Source of the DNA: an uncultured Kangiella sp.
Lineage (GTDB): Bacteria > Pseudomonadota > Gammaproteobacteria > Enterobacterales > Kangiellaceae
Direction of reading: 5' to 3'
Assembly (NCBI GenBank): GCA_964476655.1
Contig: CAYZBK010000001.1
Coordinates: 34,054 to 98,053 of the forward strand
DNA: 64,000 bases
How positions within the stretch are numbered: position 1 is the stretch's first letter; each line of letters begins with the position of its first letter. The position numbers and the translations under genes were made by a program. Below are positions 1-12,420 of this stretch, in pieces. Below the pieces are notes generated by a model. That model was not told where the DNA came from, made no database searches, and saw nothing but the letters and a program-made list of their open reading frames with translations.

Positions 1-171
1 TTGGAGCTGTAATTTGGGGATATCTGTACCACAAGATCTTAATACGCTAATACCCAAAGCATTATCAAGTAAAGCCAATAACAAGTGTTCTACCGTCATA
101 AATTCATGACGCCTTTCTCTTGCATCCGTAAATGCAAGATTTAAAGTCAATTCTAAGTCTCTACTAAGCAT
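1..171 (-). CDS. clpA: ATP-dependent Clp protease ATP-binding subunit ClpA, N-terminal 57 codons only (gene runs off the window start)
   Basis: Own translation of the minus strand from ATG at 171..169 gives MLSRDLELTLNLAFTDARERRHEFMTVEHLLLALLDNALGISVLRSCGTDIPKLQLQ. This matches the conserved ClpA N-domain (RHEFMTVEHLLLALL). It lies 50 nt downstream of clpS, as in the clpS-clpA operon. It is too short for the ORF track. Confidence 0.85.
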   Translation of the reverse strand, partial: MLSRDLELTLNLAFTDARERRHEFMTVEHLLLALLDNALGISVLRSCGTDIPKLQLQ

Positions 172-221
172 GTTCTATACCTTCTCCAAAAACGACTTAC
201 AACAAAAAACCTAAAGACACC

Positions 222-545
222 CTAATCATTCACTTCCATAATACACATTAAAGGATGCTCTGAAGCTCGTGAATACTCATTAACTAGTGAAACTTTTGTT
301 TCAGCAATCTCTGCAGTAAAGATCCCTGCAACTCCTGCGCCATCATAATGAACTTGTAACATGACTTTGGAGGCCTGTTCTGCAGTTTTGTGAAAAAACT
401 GTTTTAATACAGCAACAACAAAATCCATCGGAGTGTAATCATCATTCAGTAATAAAACCTTATACATAGAAGGCTGCCTAACTTCTGGTTGCCGTTCTGC
501 AACAGATACACCAATTTCGGAATCATGATTTTTTTCAGTACTCAT
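222..545 (-). CDS. clpS: ATP-dependent Clp protease adaptor ClpS
   Basis: 107-aa ORF with the ClpS core (PSMYKVLLLNDDYTPMDFVVAVLKQFF, VHYDG, FTAEIAETK, EHPL). ATG start. It sits immediately upstream of clpA. Confidence 0.92.
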   Translation of the reverse strand: MSTEKNHDSEIGVSVAERQPEVRQPSMYKVLLLNDDYTPMDFVVAVLKQFFHKTAEQASKVMLQVHYDGAGVAGIFTAEIAETKVSLVNEYSRASEHPLMCIMEVND

Positions 546-929
546 AGTTTATTTTAGTCAACCAATTGAATTGTTGTGTGTTTTTTTTATTAATTTGCAA
601 AATATTTAGACCAGATTCCTAATATTTTTTCACTATTATAAGCACCTTATCAACTAAATATTTCATCAATGTTTTTCGTCTTGCATAACCTTATATTTGG
701 TCATATCAATTGGATTTCAACCTGTAAAAATGGAATAAAAAGCACTATTGGTTAACACTTTAACTTTTAAAGGCTATTAACAGCATGTGATAACTTGACA
801 TTATTATTTAATTATGAGATTCATACATCCGCTTATAGGTTATGCGCAGTTATTATTAACTTATTTCTATAACTAAGCTATTAGTTTTTTAATAGATGTT
901 TCTAATAAAAGAAAATGCAGGAGCAGTAT

Positions 930-1154
930 ATGACAACGGGAACCGTAAAGTGGTTTAACAATGCTAAAGGGTATGGATTTATTCGACCCGACGATGGTGG
1001 TGATGATATTTTTGCACACTACTCCACGATAGAGATGGATGGATACAAAAGCCTAAAAGCTGGGCAAGAAGTTTCTTTTGGCACTTTTGAAGGGCCTAAG
1101 GGTTTACATGCTCAAGAAATTAGTGCCATTGATGTAAAAACTGAGAAAGAATAG
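930..1154 (+). CDS. cspD: Cold-shock domain protein, CspD-like
   Basis: Cold-shock domain motifs GTVKWFNNAKGYGFI and DIFAHYS. It is divergent from clpS, as E. coli cspD is. The ORF track starts at ATG 915. However, ATG 930 is preceded by AGGAG (919-923, 6-nt spacing) and gives the canonical MTTGTVKWFN N-terminus. Confidence 0.85.
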   Translation: MTTGTVKWFNNAKGYGFIRPDDGGDDIFAHYSTIEMDGYKSLKAGQEVSFGTFEGPKGLHAQEISAIDVKTEKE

Positions 1155-1442
1155 TACACCCTATTTTCAGCTTGTTACATTTTTCAACTAGCTATATTGA
1201 AGTGACTGTTTAAAAAATCGGACTATTTTCTAATCTGAGTCTAGTTAAGTGTTTTTTATTGTCTATGATTTTAACAACCAAAAGACAGTAATCACTTCAT
1301 CTCTTTAGTCAAAGCGTTCAGGTTTGGCTAAAAACTTTCTGCGTTAAAAGTCTAATAGCCACCCTTTTCAACAAACTCAAGCACTAAAAAGATTCATAGA
1401 TGACTCATAGTAGTTTTTAATCCGTTGGTTAAAATAAGTCAT

Positions 1443-3677
<2,235 letters not shown>

Positions 3678-3900
3678 CTAAATTAAAGCTTTATTGCTGA
3701 GCTGGGGTTAATTCCAATTGGACGAGATTATACTGCATTTATTTAAGCCAATATACTGATAAAAGTCATTAACTTATGACAAATTTACTGTAACTGCAAA
3801 ATAACTATATAACGGTGATTCTTTAGTTTAGTATTAAATTCATAGAATTATTTCTAATCTCGCGCAAAATATTTTTTTCAGTCAAATCAAGATAAAACTT

Positions 3901-4572
3901 ATGCCTATTAATAAAACATCTTATCCACCTCGCACACCTACACAAAGACATAAAAAAACATTCAAAAATAAAAAACGGGCACAACCATCAAATAACAAAA
4001 CGATTCTTTGTTTATTTAACAAACCATTTAACACGTTGTGTCAATTCACCGGTGAAGAGCAAGATTTAACACTGGCAAACTTTATCAAGATAAAAGACAT
4101 CTATCCGGCAGGTCGATTAGATAAAGATTCAGAAGGGTTACTCTTACTCACCAACAATGGAAAATTACAAAATAAAATAAGCCACCCTCAACACAAAATG
4201 GAAAAAACTTATTGGGTTCAAGTCGAGGGAGAAATATCAGATCAAGCGATAGAAGAGCTTCAAAAAGGTGTTAAATTAAAAGATGGCAGAACAAAACAGG
4301 CAAAAGCAAAAAAAATAGACATTGACAAACAGCATCCACAACTATGGAAAAGAGATCCGCCTGTACGTTTTCGAAAGAATATAGCAACCAGTTGGGTAGA
4401 GCTAAGCATTAAAGAAGGCAAAAATAGACAAGTAAGACGAATGACCGCCGCGACCGGTTACCCAACACTACGACTTATTAGAATGTCTATAGGTCCTTGG
4501 AGTGTTAGCGATTTAAAACCCGGTGAGTACAAAATAACAAAGTCGGATAAGCCTTCCTCAGAAGATCATTAA
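3901..4572 (+). CDS. rluE: 23S rRNA pseudouridine synthase, RluE-like
   Basis: RsuA/RluB/E/F family catalytic block GRLDKDSEGLLLLTNNG, with no S4 domain. It has a basic N-terminal tail, is about 220 aa, and is divergent from icd as in E. coli. Confidence 0.75.
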   Translation: MPINKTSYPPRTPTQRHKKTFKNKKRAQPSNNKTILCLFNKPFNTLCQFTGEEQDLTLANFIKIKDIYPAGRLDKDSEGLLLLTNNGKLQNKISHPQHKMEKTYWVQVEGEISDQAIEELQKGVKLKDGRTKQAKAKKIDIDKQHPQLWKRDPPVRFRKNIATSWVELSIKEGKNRQVRRMTAATGYPTLRLIRMSIGPWSVSDLKPGEYKITKSDKPSSEDH

Positions 4573-4622
4573 ACTTCTAAAAAAGGCTCGGCTTTGAAAT
4601 TTGTCAACGCTAATATTTTTAC

Positions 4623-5846
4623 CTACCATCGTTTAAAAATAAGTGACGTATTAATTCCACCAAACGCAAAATTATTACTCATGACATATTCATTTTTCAT
4701 GACGCGCCCTTTGTCTACAATGTAATCTAAATCACCACATTGTTCATCAACATTCGTCAAATTAATCGTAGGTGCGTACCAATCATTATTCATCATTTCA
4801 ATTGTCATCCAGCTCTCAATAGCTCCACAAGCCCCTAGAGTGTGCCCTATATAGCTTTTTAACGAGCTTATTGGCATATCAGAACCAAAAACACTTTCAG
4901 TTCCTTTAGTTTCCGCAATATCTCCACGTTCAGTAGCTGTACCATGTGCATTAACATAGCCGATGGCGTTTGAAGAAACATTCGCATCTTTTAAGGCCAA
5001 TTCCATAGCAACAGACATAGTTTCAGCATCAGGCTGAGTAATATGGTTACCGTCAGAATTACACCCAAATCCTACTATTTCAGCATGAATTTTTGCCCCT
5101 CGGGCAATAGCATGTTCTAGCTCCTCCAAAATAAGCGTGCCTGCACCTTCCCCAATAACTAACCCATCACGCTCTCTATCAAATGGTCGAGGCGTTAGAT
5201 TCGGCGTATCATTTTTTGTGCTAGTGGCAAATAAGGTATCAAATACAGCTGATTGAGTTGGGCACAACCCTTCTGCTCCGCCAGCTATCATCATAATTTG
5301 CTTTCCAAATTTAATTGATTCATAAGCGTAGCCTATTCCTTGGCTACCGGATGTACACGCACTACTAGTTGTAATAACCCTCCCCTTTATTCCAAAAAAA
5401 AGAGCTATATTAACAGGCGCTGTATGGGACATCATTTCAATATATGAAGTTGCCGTCATTCCTGACATCGAGCCAGTTTGAAGCATATTCCCAAAGACTT
5501 TAACTGGCTCAGAACTCCCTCCACAAGAACCATATGCAATTCCCATATTTCCATTTTTAATAATTGGATCATCAAGTAAACCAGCATTTTTTAATGCAAG
5601 TTCTGATGCGCGAGTTGCTAACAATGCAACTCTACCCATTCCTCTAATTTTCTTTCTAGTATAATGTTTTGGTTTTTCAAAATTTAATATAGGTCCTGCT
5701 AATCTCGTATTCAACGCCTCATAACGCTCCCAATCAGCCATTCTACAAATACCGCTACGTTTATCTTTGAGGCTAACTAATACAGATTTCCAGTCTTGTC
5801 CTATAGAGGTCAAGCCTGCCATGCCAGTCACTACTACACGCTTCAT
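4623..5846 (-). CDS. apeR: Beta-ketoacyl-ACP synthase (FabB/F-like) of the aryl-polyene cluster, ApeR position
   Basis: Full Cys-His-His triad (SSACTSGS, HGTATERGD, GHTLGACG). It overlaps the upstream reductase gene by 1 nt (TAATG). The symbol is assigned by order and domain correspondence to the Xenorhabdus ape nomenclature, recalled from memory. Confidence 0.8.
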   Translation of the reverse strand: MKRVVVTGMAGLTSIGQDWKSVLVSLKDKRSGICRMADWERYEALNTRLAGPILNFEKPKHYTRKKIRGMGRVALLATRASELALKNAGLLDDPIIKNGNMGIAYGSCGGSSEPVKVFGNMLQTGSMSGMTATSYIEMMSHTAPVNIALFFGIKGRVITTSSACTSGSQGIGYAYESIKFGKQIMMIAGGAEGLCPTQSAVFDTLFATSTKNDTPNLTPRPFDRERDGLVIGEGAGTLILEELEHAIARGAKIHAEIVGFGCNSDGNHITQPDAETMSVAMELALKDANVSSNAIGYVNAHGTATERGDIAETKGTESVFGSDMPISSLKSYIGHTLGACGAIESWMTIEMMNNDWYAPTINLTNVDEQCGDLDYIVDKGRVMKNEYVMSNNFAFGGINTSLIFKRW

Positions 5847-6574
5847 TAAACTAACCCACCATTTACAGAAATTACTTGTCTAGTGACATATGCGGCTAAA
5901 TCAGAAAATAAATAGCTAACACATCCAGCTATTTCTTCAGGTTTTCCTAATCGCCTTGCTGGGATCATCTTCTTTATCTCGGATAAAGGTAATTCATTAA
6001 TCATGTCCGTTTCAATTAAACCTGGAGCAACGCAATTCACAGTGATTTTACGCTTAGCTAATTCTAGAGCCAATGATTTTGTTGCTCCAATAATCCCAGC
6101 CTTAGCTGCGCTGTAATTTACTTGACCGCGATTGCCGACAAGGCCAGAAACAGAGGATAATGTGACTATACGGCCACCCTGTTTTTCTCGTACCATAGGC
6201 ATAATTACGGGATGTAATACGTTGTAAAAGCCATCCAAATTAGTGCGGATAACAGTATCCCAATCTTCACTTTCTATTGAAGGAAAAGCATTATCTTTAG
6301 TAATTCCTGCATTACAGACAACACCATAATAGACTCCATTGGTAGAGATATCGGACTCTAATACCTCTCGACATTCATCACGGTCACCAATGTCAAACTG
6401 TAAAACGTTAACCTTTGTCCCTCCTAATTTAACACACTCATCTTTAACAGCCTCTGCAGCTGTTAGGTTTTTGTGGCAATGAATAATCACGCTAAACCCG
6501 TCTTTGGCTAATTGCATTGCTATTGAACGACCAATACCGCGACTTGAACCGGTAATTAATACTCGTTTACTCAT
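5846..6574 (-). CDS. apeQ: 3-oxoacyl-ACP reductase (SDR, FabG-like), ApeQ position
   Basis: SDR motifs TGSSRGIGRSIA (TGxxxGxG), NAG and YSAAKAG (YxxxK). 242 aa. Confidence 0.85.
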   Translation of the reverse strand: MSKRVLITGSSRGIGRSIAMQLAKDGFSVIIHCHKNLTAAEAVKDECVKLGGTKVNVLQFDIGDRDECREVLESDISTNGVYYGVVCNAGITKDNAFPSIESEDWDTVIRTNLDGFYNVLHPVIMPMVREKQGGRIVTLSSVSGLVGNRGQVNYSAAKAGIIGATKSLALELAKRKITVNCVAPGLIETDMINELPLSEIKKMIPARRLGKPEEIAGCVSYLFSDLAAYVTRQVISVNGGLV

Positions 6575-6692
6575 AAAACTGCACCTTAAAAGATCTAGCG
6601 ACCATTAAATTTGTATTATTTTCTTAACATCAAAACACATTCTATCAAAAAATCATATCTGAGAGCTAACTTATAAACAGTTTAGGATTCTA

Positions 6693-7151
6693 CTAAGAAA
6701 AAAAATCTGTTTCAGATTGAGGTGAAAACACATTCAACTTAGCTGAGCAAAGAAGCTTGTTTTGACAATAAATATTACAATCGTACCCCGCCAAACCGCT
6801 TTCTTCAAGATACAATTTTTGAGCTCTTATTCTTAAAGACTGGCCTAAATTAAAATTAACTACCTCTGACTCAAAGCGACGACATCCGAGTAGCAGGCCA
6901 ATTTTTATCGGTTCACTTGCTAACATTGCTTGAACCCCAGCATGAACACCTATTGACTGAGCCATATATTCGATGCCCACCCATGCAGGTACTCCACATG
7001 CTTTATTATCATAAAACAAGGACTGCTCGTTGATCGTTACTTCACAATCAACATATTCATCCTGAGCTTCTATTAAATTCGTTATTAAAATCATAGGTGA
7101 TGCGTGTGGGAGAAGATCCGCTAATGCCACTTCATGTAGGTCGGGTTTCAT
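6693..7151 (-). CDS. apeP: Hotdog-fold 3-hydroxyacyl-ACP dehydratase, ApeP position
   Basis: 152-aa ORF with an ATGA overlap to the upstream KS gene. Its size and position match the second dehydratase partner of APE clusters. The catalytic motif is not clearly recognisable by eye. Confidence 0.6.
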   Translation of the reverse strand: MKPDLHEVALADLLPHASPMILITNLIEAQDEYVDCEVTINEQSLFYDNKACGVPAWVGIEYMAQSIGVHAGVQAMLASEPIKIGLLLGCRRFESEVVNFNLGQSLRIRAQKLYLEESGLAGYDCNIYCQNKLLCSAKLNVFSPQSETDFFS

Positions 7152-8350
7152 TTTAAAATATTTCCTATTATCACAGATGCATTACTACCACCAAAAGCAA
7201 AAGAGTTACTGAGAAAATAATGCTGTTGAACTTCTAAAACAGTGTCAGAAGTAACAAAATTGATCTTACTTAAAGATGGATCAACATTTCCATCCCACAA
7301 GTGCGGAGGTAATTTTTGTTTCGTATTATAACCAGACAATGTTAACCAACATAAAGCGATCTCATTTGCCCCTGCAGCTCCTAAAGTGTGTCCTATCTGC
7401 CCTTTCGTAGAACTACAAAAAACACCATCGCCGAAGACTCGGTTAATTGCCTTACTTTCCATTTCATCATTTTTACGAGTAGCTGTACCATGCAAATTAA
7501 TATAATCGATATCCGCGGGTTCCAGTCCTGCATCATTTAACGCTGCTAGAATAGCGGCTTCAGCTCCTAGACCTTCAGGTTCAGGCGAAGAAATATGATA
7601 TGCATCTGCAGAACAACCAACACCAAAAAGAGCTATTTCACTTGGAATACGGCTCATTAAAAACAGCGCAGCCCCCTCCCCAATAGTAATGCCGTTTCGA
7701 TTAATACTAAATGGGTTGCATACTTTTTCAGCAACAGATTCTAATGCACTAAATCCATTTAACGTGAGCTGACATAAGGTATCAACACCACCCACGATCA
7801 CCGCATCGCACAAATTTCGCTCCAACAATCGACGAGCCGAAGAAAAAGCTTTAGCACTAGATGAACACGCTGTAGTTATGCAGTAGGCTAGATTATCTAA
7901 CTCTAAATATTGCGAAAAAAACTCCGCACAAGTACCTATTTCTTGTTTTTGATAATGATAACCTAACGGTAATTCACCTTCTTCTAAAAGGTGTTTGACC
8001 GCTCGTTCGCCTTCGGCAATTCCCGAAGTACTGGAGCCTAAAACAACGGCTATACGGTCTTTGCCAAAGCGCTTAATAGCATTTTGTACAGGCTCTTTTA
8101 TTTGTTCATAGGCAGCTAACAACAGTTGATTATTGCGACAATCATAGTTAGATAAATAAGATGGTATTGGTGGTAATGATTGGTTCACTTGCCCCACATA
8201 TACACTCCTTCCTGCCACTAAATCTTCTCGCTTAACAATCCCAGACTGCGTTCCACTGAACAAATTATCTGCTACTTGTTGTTTACCACGACCTAATGCA
8301 TTAATAATTCCGAGCGCATTAAGATAGTGAATTGATTTTTGACTATTCAT
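7148..8350 (-). CDS. apeO: Beta-ketoacyl-ACP synthase, elongating KS, ApeO position
   Basis: Cys-His-His triad (TTACSSSAKA, HGTATRKND, GHTLGAAG). 400 aa. 4-nt overlaps on both sides. Confidence 0.82.
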   Translation of the reverse strand: MNSQKSIHYLNALGIINALGRGKQQVADNLFSGTQSGIVKREDLVAGRSVYVGQVNQSLPPIPSYLSNYDCRNNQLLLAAYEQIKEPVQNAIKRFGKDRIAVVLGSSTSGIAEGERAVKHLLEEGELPLGYHYQKQEIGTCAEFFSQYLELDNLAYCITTACSSSAKAFSSARRLLERNLCDAVIVGGVDTLCQLTLNGFSALESVAEKVCNPFSINRNGITIGEGAALFLMSRIPSEIALFGVGCSADAYHISSPEPEGLGAEAAILAALNDAGLEPADIDYINLHGTATRKNDEMESKAINRVFGDGVFCSSTKGQIGHTLGAAGANEIALCWLTLSGYNTKQKLPPHLWDGNVDPSLSKINFVTSDTVLEVQQHYFLSNSFAFGGSNASVIIGNILK

Positions 8351-8949
8351 AAGCTTCCAATTTCCAAAGTTTTAATGCTCAATTCATAATTATGCTGCTT
8401 TTGAATAAATAAAACATTACCCTGCCAAACGCTATCATGGCTATAACGAATTAAAATAGCTTCTTCATTACCAACAAACAATTGCCGAGAAAAAGCCCCT
8501 AAATTATTTTGTCGTAATTCTTCATGGCTTTTTAAAGCATTATTTATCGAAGTTTTAGGCCAATAAATCAACTGCAAATCTGACAACATAAAAGCGGGAT
8601 TGATCGATATTTTTAATAATGAGCTTGGCTGATAATTTATATTTTGGTTATCATAACGTAAGGTAAAAAGTTTCGCTCCAAAATTAGTTAACCCTACCAT
8701 AATCAGCTCTTTTTTAGTGATTTGTAATTGCGCTATAAATGTCTGTTTTTGTCCTTGATAGTTGGCACTGATCTGCTGTACTACTGAAACGTTTCTAGCA
8801 AGCTCTTCAGTCGACAATTGCAATAGAGGCTCTAAGCTAACCGTCGATGATTTTATAAAAGTTTGGCAGCTGGTCAGAGAAATAATTAGCATTAATATTG
8901 CAAGAAACTGAAAATAGCAAAATTCTATTTTATATTTTATTGTAACCAC
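8347..8949 (-). CDS. apeN: Lipoprotein of the aryl-polyene cluster (DUF3261-like), ApeN position
   Basis: Lipobox LTSC with Cys28 after a hydrophobic stretch. GTG start 3 nt after the stop of the exporter gene. The family assignment rests on context only. Confidence 0.55.
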   Translation of the reverse strand: MVTIKYKIEFCYFQFLAILMLIISLTSCQTFIKSSTVSLEPLLQLSTEELARNVSVVQQISANYQGQKQTFIAQLQITKKELIMVGLTNFGAKLFTLRYDNQNINYQPSSLLKISINPAFMLSDLQLIYWPKTSINNALKSHEELRQNNLGAFSRQLFVGNEEAILIRYSHDSVWQGNVLFIQKQHNYELSIKTLEIGSL

Positions 8950-8952
8950 AAT

Positions 8953-11316
8953 TTAAACCTTTTTAGTTCGGACTGATAAATTATTTTTAATAGAAAAGAC
9001 AAAAGGAGATAACAAAAATGCAACAATGATTCCCACCACCATAGTTTGACCAAAGGAACTAATTACAGGAGTCTCACTAAGAGCAAGTAAGCCAAATGAT
9101 AATAAGGTAGTTAGGGCTGACAATAGTATCGCTAACATAGTCGATTGTTGATGATTTTTTCCCTCTTCTAAAAATAATGTGTAATCAATACCAATTGCCA
9201 AAACAATAAGCAGTGCCAATACATTAAACAAATTAAAAAGTTGCCCACTCAAACCAAACCATGCTAAGCAAGTTAAGGCTGCTATAACAGGTGGAAAAAT
9301 AACCACCCAAGCTCTTTTGTAACCATATCGCCAGCATAATAGAAAGAAGATTAGCAAATAGGAAATAAAAACCATAATAGCTATAATCTTTCGATACCGT
9401 TTAAAAACATTTGAAACATCTCCAGCAACATCAATTAAAGTTATTTGTTCATTATTTATATATCTATTTTTCAATAAATTCGTATTCTTCACGCCCGACA
9501 ATAATACGATTGAAGCAACCCCTCTAGGCGTTTCTCCTAGCCATAAATGGGATAGCCCTTCTGCGATAGGAGTTTGTTGCCAATCTGCAAAGGTTAAATA
9601 TTGGTGATTACTAGTGTAAAACTCATCAACAACAGTACTAATAGCCAATTCTGAAAAACCTAGCTGCTCCATATATTGGTTAATTTTACGATTATCAAAA
9701 AGTTGTTTTTTTATCAATTGATAACTCTCAGCTTGAATACTGTCGGAAGGAAGTGTTGAAGAAATTGCCTGATAGCCTGTAATTGTATGGTTATTAACTA
9801 AAGCATCCAACTGTTGAATTAATTGCTCCTCGTTTTCAAGTAGCTGTTGAAGATTATGACCTTCAACCAAAAAAAACTGACTTGCTCTCCCTTGTTGAGT
9901 CAATTTTTGAATCGCTTGATCTTCCGCTATTATATTTGGATTAGATTGTTGCAATAGTCGAATGTCATCGTTTGGTTTTAAACTAAAGATTCCCCACCCA
10001 ATAGCTATAAAACAAAATACTAAAAAGATACGATTTTTATTAGTCCAATTAAAACCATTCCAGAAGTTGAGATAAGTTAAAATAGGTTTTACTAACCATG
10101 GACTAACTGTATTTGTTGGTTTTTCACTTAACCAAGGAAACCAACAAATAACTGTTAGAAAAGCTGCCACTAGACCGACACTAGAAAAAATAGCCATTTG
10201 TTGCAATCCTGGGAAAGGTGCAACCAACAAACCAAGATAGCCCAAAATACTGGTCGCAAGTCCAAGACTAATACCAGGCATAATTCTAGTAAGGCATTTA
10301 TTGGGTGTCCAAGTATGATCACTCATCAAACGATCTGAAAAATAATGGAAGGAATAGTCTATAGAAACACCTATTAAGCTAGCACCAAACACTAATGTCA
10401 GCACATGCAATTGTTTAAATACCAACAAACTAATTGCTACTGCACTTAAAATTCCACAACCAATTGCTACACAACTTAAGATCAGTGGTGTTACTGAGCG
10501 GAAAATCATTCCAACTAAAAAAATAATCCCCAGTATAGAGCCAAATCCAATTGTAGATATTTCTTTTTCCGCTTGACGCCTGCCTGCATACGCGTGTTTA
10601 ACAATGCCTGCAGAAAGAATTTTTATATTGGGATATTCCGTAATGCTCGCTTTGCTCGCCACATCAAAAGCCTCAAAATAAAGCTCTTGATCCTGCTTAA
10701 CAAATGCATTTAATGAAGAAAATCCAGCTAAAAATATATAATAGGTTCCATTATCCTTAACTGTTAACAATTGATCGACTAGTTTAAGATTTCCTGAAAT
10801 ACGAGGTATATCTGCCATAAACGAAGGAAATAACAATAATGGATCTTTTTTTAACAGTGCTGAATTACTTCCACCAAACGGACTATAAATTTTTTGTAAT
10901 GCTTGATTGATTATCTGCTCATTCTTTTTTAAACGAAGTGATTCTAATTGCTCCGTACTTAACAAATGATACCGAAAAGGAAAATAACGCGTAAACATTT
11001 TGTTCTGTTTCGATTCATCAACATGAAAAATTAACCGTTCAAATATTTTACTTTTGTTAAGAGACTCATAAAATATTCTTGCCGCTTTTTTTGCCTCGTC
11101 ATGAACTTTTGAACCAATAAGAAAACTGTATTTGTGCCCCACTTTGATACTAAAGACGTCAATAGCATCCTGAACAATCGGATCGTTTTCTGTATTGGGA
11201 AGCAAATCTAAAATGTTACTAGTGAAAAGTCGATCTCGTTGGAGCTGAACCGACAACAACATGGCTAAGCCGATGATAATCAAAAACCATGTAACTATAC
11301 GCATTTTTTTATTCAT
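8953..11316 (-). CDS. apeM: MMPL/RND-superfamily membrane exporter, ApeM position
   Basis: 787 aa with two clusters of about 5-6 hydrophobic helices, each preceded by a large soluble loop. This is the typical MMPL architecture. ATG start. Confidence 0.75.
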   Translation of the reverse strand: MNKKMRIVTWFLIIIGLAMLLSVQLQRDRLFTSNILDLLPNTENDPIVQDAIDVFSIKVGHKYSFLIGSKVHDEAKKAARIFYESLNKSKIFERLIFHVDESKQNKMFTRYFPFRYHLLSTEQLESLRLKKNEQIINQALQKIYSPFGGSNSALLKKDPLLLFPSFMADIPRISGNLKLVDQLLTVKDNGTYYIFLAGFSSLNAFVKQDQELYFEAFDVASKASITEYPNIKILSAGIVKHAYAGRRQAEKEISTIGFGSILGIIFLVGMIFRSVTPLILSCVAIGCGILSAVAISLLVFKQLHVLTLVFGASLIGVSIDYSFHYFSDRLMSDHTWTPNKCLTRIMPGISLGLATSILGYLGLLVAPFPGLQQMAIFSSVGLVAAFLTVICWFPWLSEKPTNTVSPWLVKPILTYLNFWNGFNWTNKNRIFLVFCFIAIGWGIFSLKPNDDIRLLQQSNPNIIAEDQAIQKLTQQGRASQFFLVEGHNLQQLLENEEQLIQQLDALVNNHTITGYQAISSTLPSDSIQAESYQLIKKQLFDNRKINQYMEQLGFSELAISTVVDEFYTSNHQYLTFADWQQTPIAEGLSHLWLGETPRGVASIVLLSGVKNTNLLKNRYINNEQITLIDVAGDVSNVFKRYRKIIAIMVFISYLLIFFLLCWRYGYKRAWVVIFPPVIAALTCLAWFGLSGQLFNLFNVLALLIVLAIGIDYTLFLEEGKNHQQSTMLAILLSALTTLLSFGLLALSETPVISSFGQTMVVGIIVAFLLSPFVFSIKNNLSVRTKKV

Positions 11317-12004
11317 CTATGAAATGCTTTTTCTCTGCAAGCGTTAATTTTGAAGAACGACCATTAGGATTTAAAAAACGAATAAAATTATAATCACCAT
11401 TACTTTCCCAATAAGTTATTTCTTGAACAAAATCATTACCTTTTAGTAACACTTTAGTCATCATCTTTTTTAATAATTCTGATTTAGGCTCTAAACCGAT
11501 TAGCCAAAAGTTCTTCTGTTTTTGAAAATAAATCACAAAATGATTAGATAACAAATTAATATCAGCCCTTAGTAGTGCCAAAAAAATACTCGTAACATTA
11601 CCTACCTCTGGAGCTCCCTCGGCAATTGCATGCCAATTTTCATTGTCTGACTTTTGTTCCATTTTATTTTTTGTTAACCTCAAATAAGATAAAAACGGGG
11701 ATTCGATTTTCCAAAAAAGACCAAAACCTTCCGCGTAAAACATATAACCTTTAGAGACTAAGGGTCTTGTTAATGCAGAAATTTTTTTCTTTTGCTCAAA
11801 GTGTGATTCTGTAATTCTATTGTTCTTTAAGTTTAAAGCAATTTTTGTTAATGCAGACTCAGAATTAAGTACGGGCTCTGATTTGAATATATCGTAAGAT
11901 AAGTATTCTTTGAAGCTTTTTAGAGGTGTTTTTTCTGCGGCGAAGAGAATGCCTGAATTTAACAACGATACTATTACAATAAATCGGATAACTAAAGCAA
12001 TCAT
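11309..12004 (-). CDS. apeL: LolA-like outer-membrane lipoprotein/lipid carrier, ApeL position
   Basis: 231 aa with an N-terminal signal-like segment (IVIVSLLNSGILFAAE). 8-nt overlap with the exporter gene and an ATGA overlap with the thioesterase gene. The call rests mainly on the conserved position in APE clusters. Confidence 0.55.
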   Translation of the reverse strand: MIALVIRFIVIVSLLNSGILFAAEKTPLKSFKEYLSYDIFKSEPVLNSESALTKIALNLKNNRITESHFEQKKKISALTRPLVSKGYMFYAEGFGLFWKIESPFLSYLRLTKNKMEQKSDNENWHAIAEGAPEVGNVTSIFLALLRADINLLSNHFVIYFQKQKNFWLIGLEPKSELLKKMMTKVLLKGNDFVQEITYWESNGDYNFIRFLNPNGRSSKLTLAEKKHFIDE

Positions 12005-12420
12005 GACTCTAACCCCAATTTTTGAAATAAAACTTTAGGTGATGCAAATAACATTTCTTCCGTTTTTTTATTTACAGCAACTTGAATGGTATAGCCTTTA
12101 CTCAGTTTAGTTTGATTATTAGAGTCTCTAATTAAGTAATCTATTTTAAGACGATTTTCGTACTCAACTAACGTAGCAGAAACAATAATTCGTTGTCCAA
12201 AACGAGCAGGTTTAACATAACGAATTCGAACGTCTATTACCGGCCACAAAAACCCTGAATCTCTCATTTGCGGATAGTTATAATTGATTTTATCGAGCAG
12301 TGCGCAGCGCGCGATTTCGAAATATTTAAGATAATGTCCGTGCCATGCTACAGCCATCATATCAATATCATGAAAAGGAATTTTAACTTCAACCTTAGCT
12401 GTAATTACAAAGGGTTCCAT
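12001..12420 (-). CDS. apeK: 4HBT/YbgC-type acyl thioesterase, ApeK position
   Basis: 139-aa hotdog protein with the YbgC-type N-terminal motif VKIPFHDIDMMAVAWHGHYLKYFE. Its start codon abuts the ammonia-lyase stop (TAAATG). Confidence 0.75.
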   Translation of the reverse strand: MEPFVITAKVEVKIPFHDIDMMAVAWHGHYLKYFEIARCALLDKINYNYPQMRDSGFLWPVIDVRIRYVKPARFGQRIIVSATLVEYENRLKIDYLIRDSNNQTKLSKGYTIQVAVNKKTEEMLFASPKVLFQKLGLES

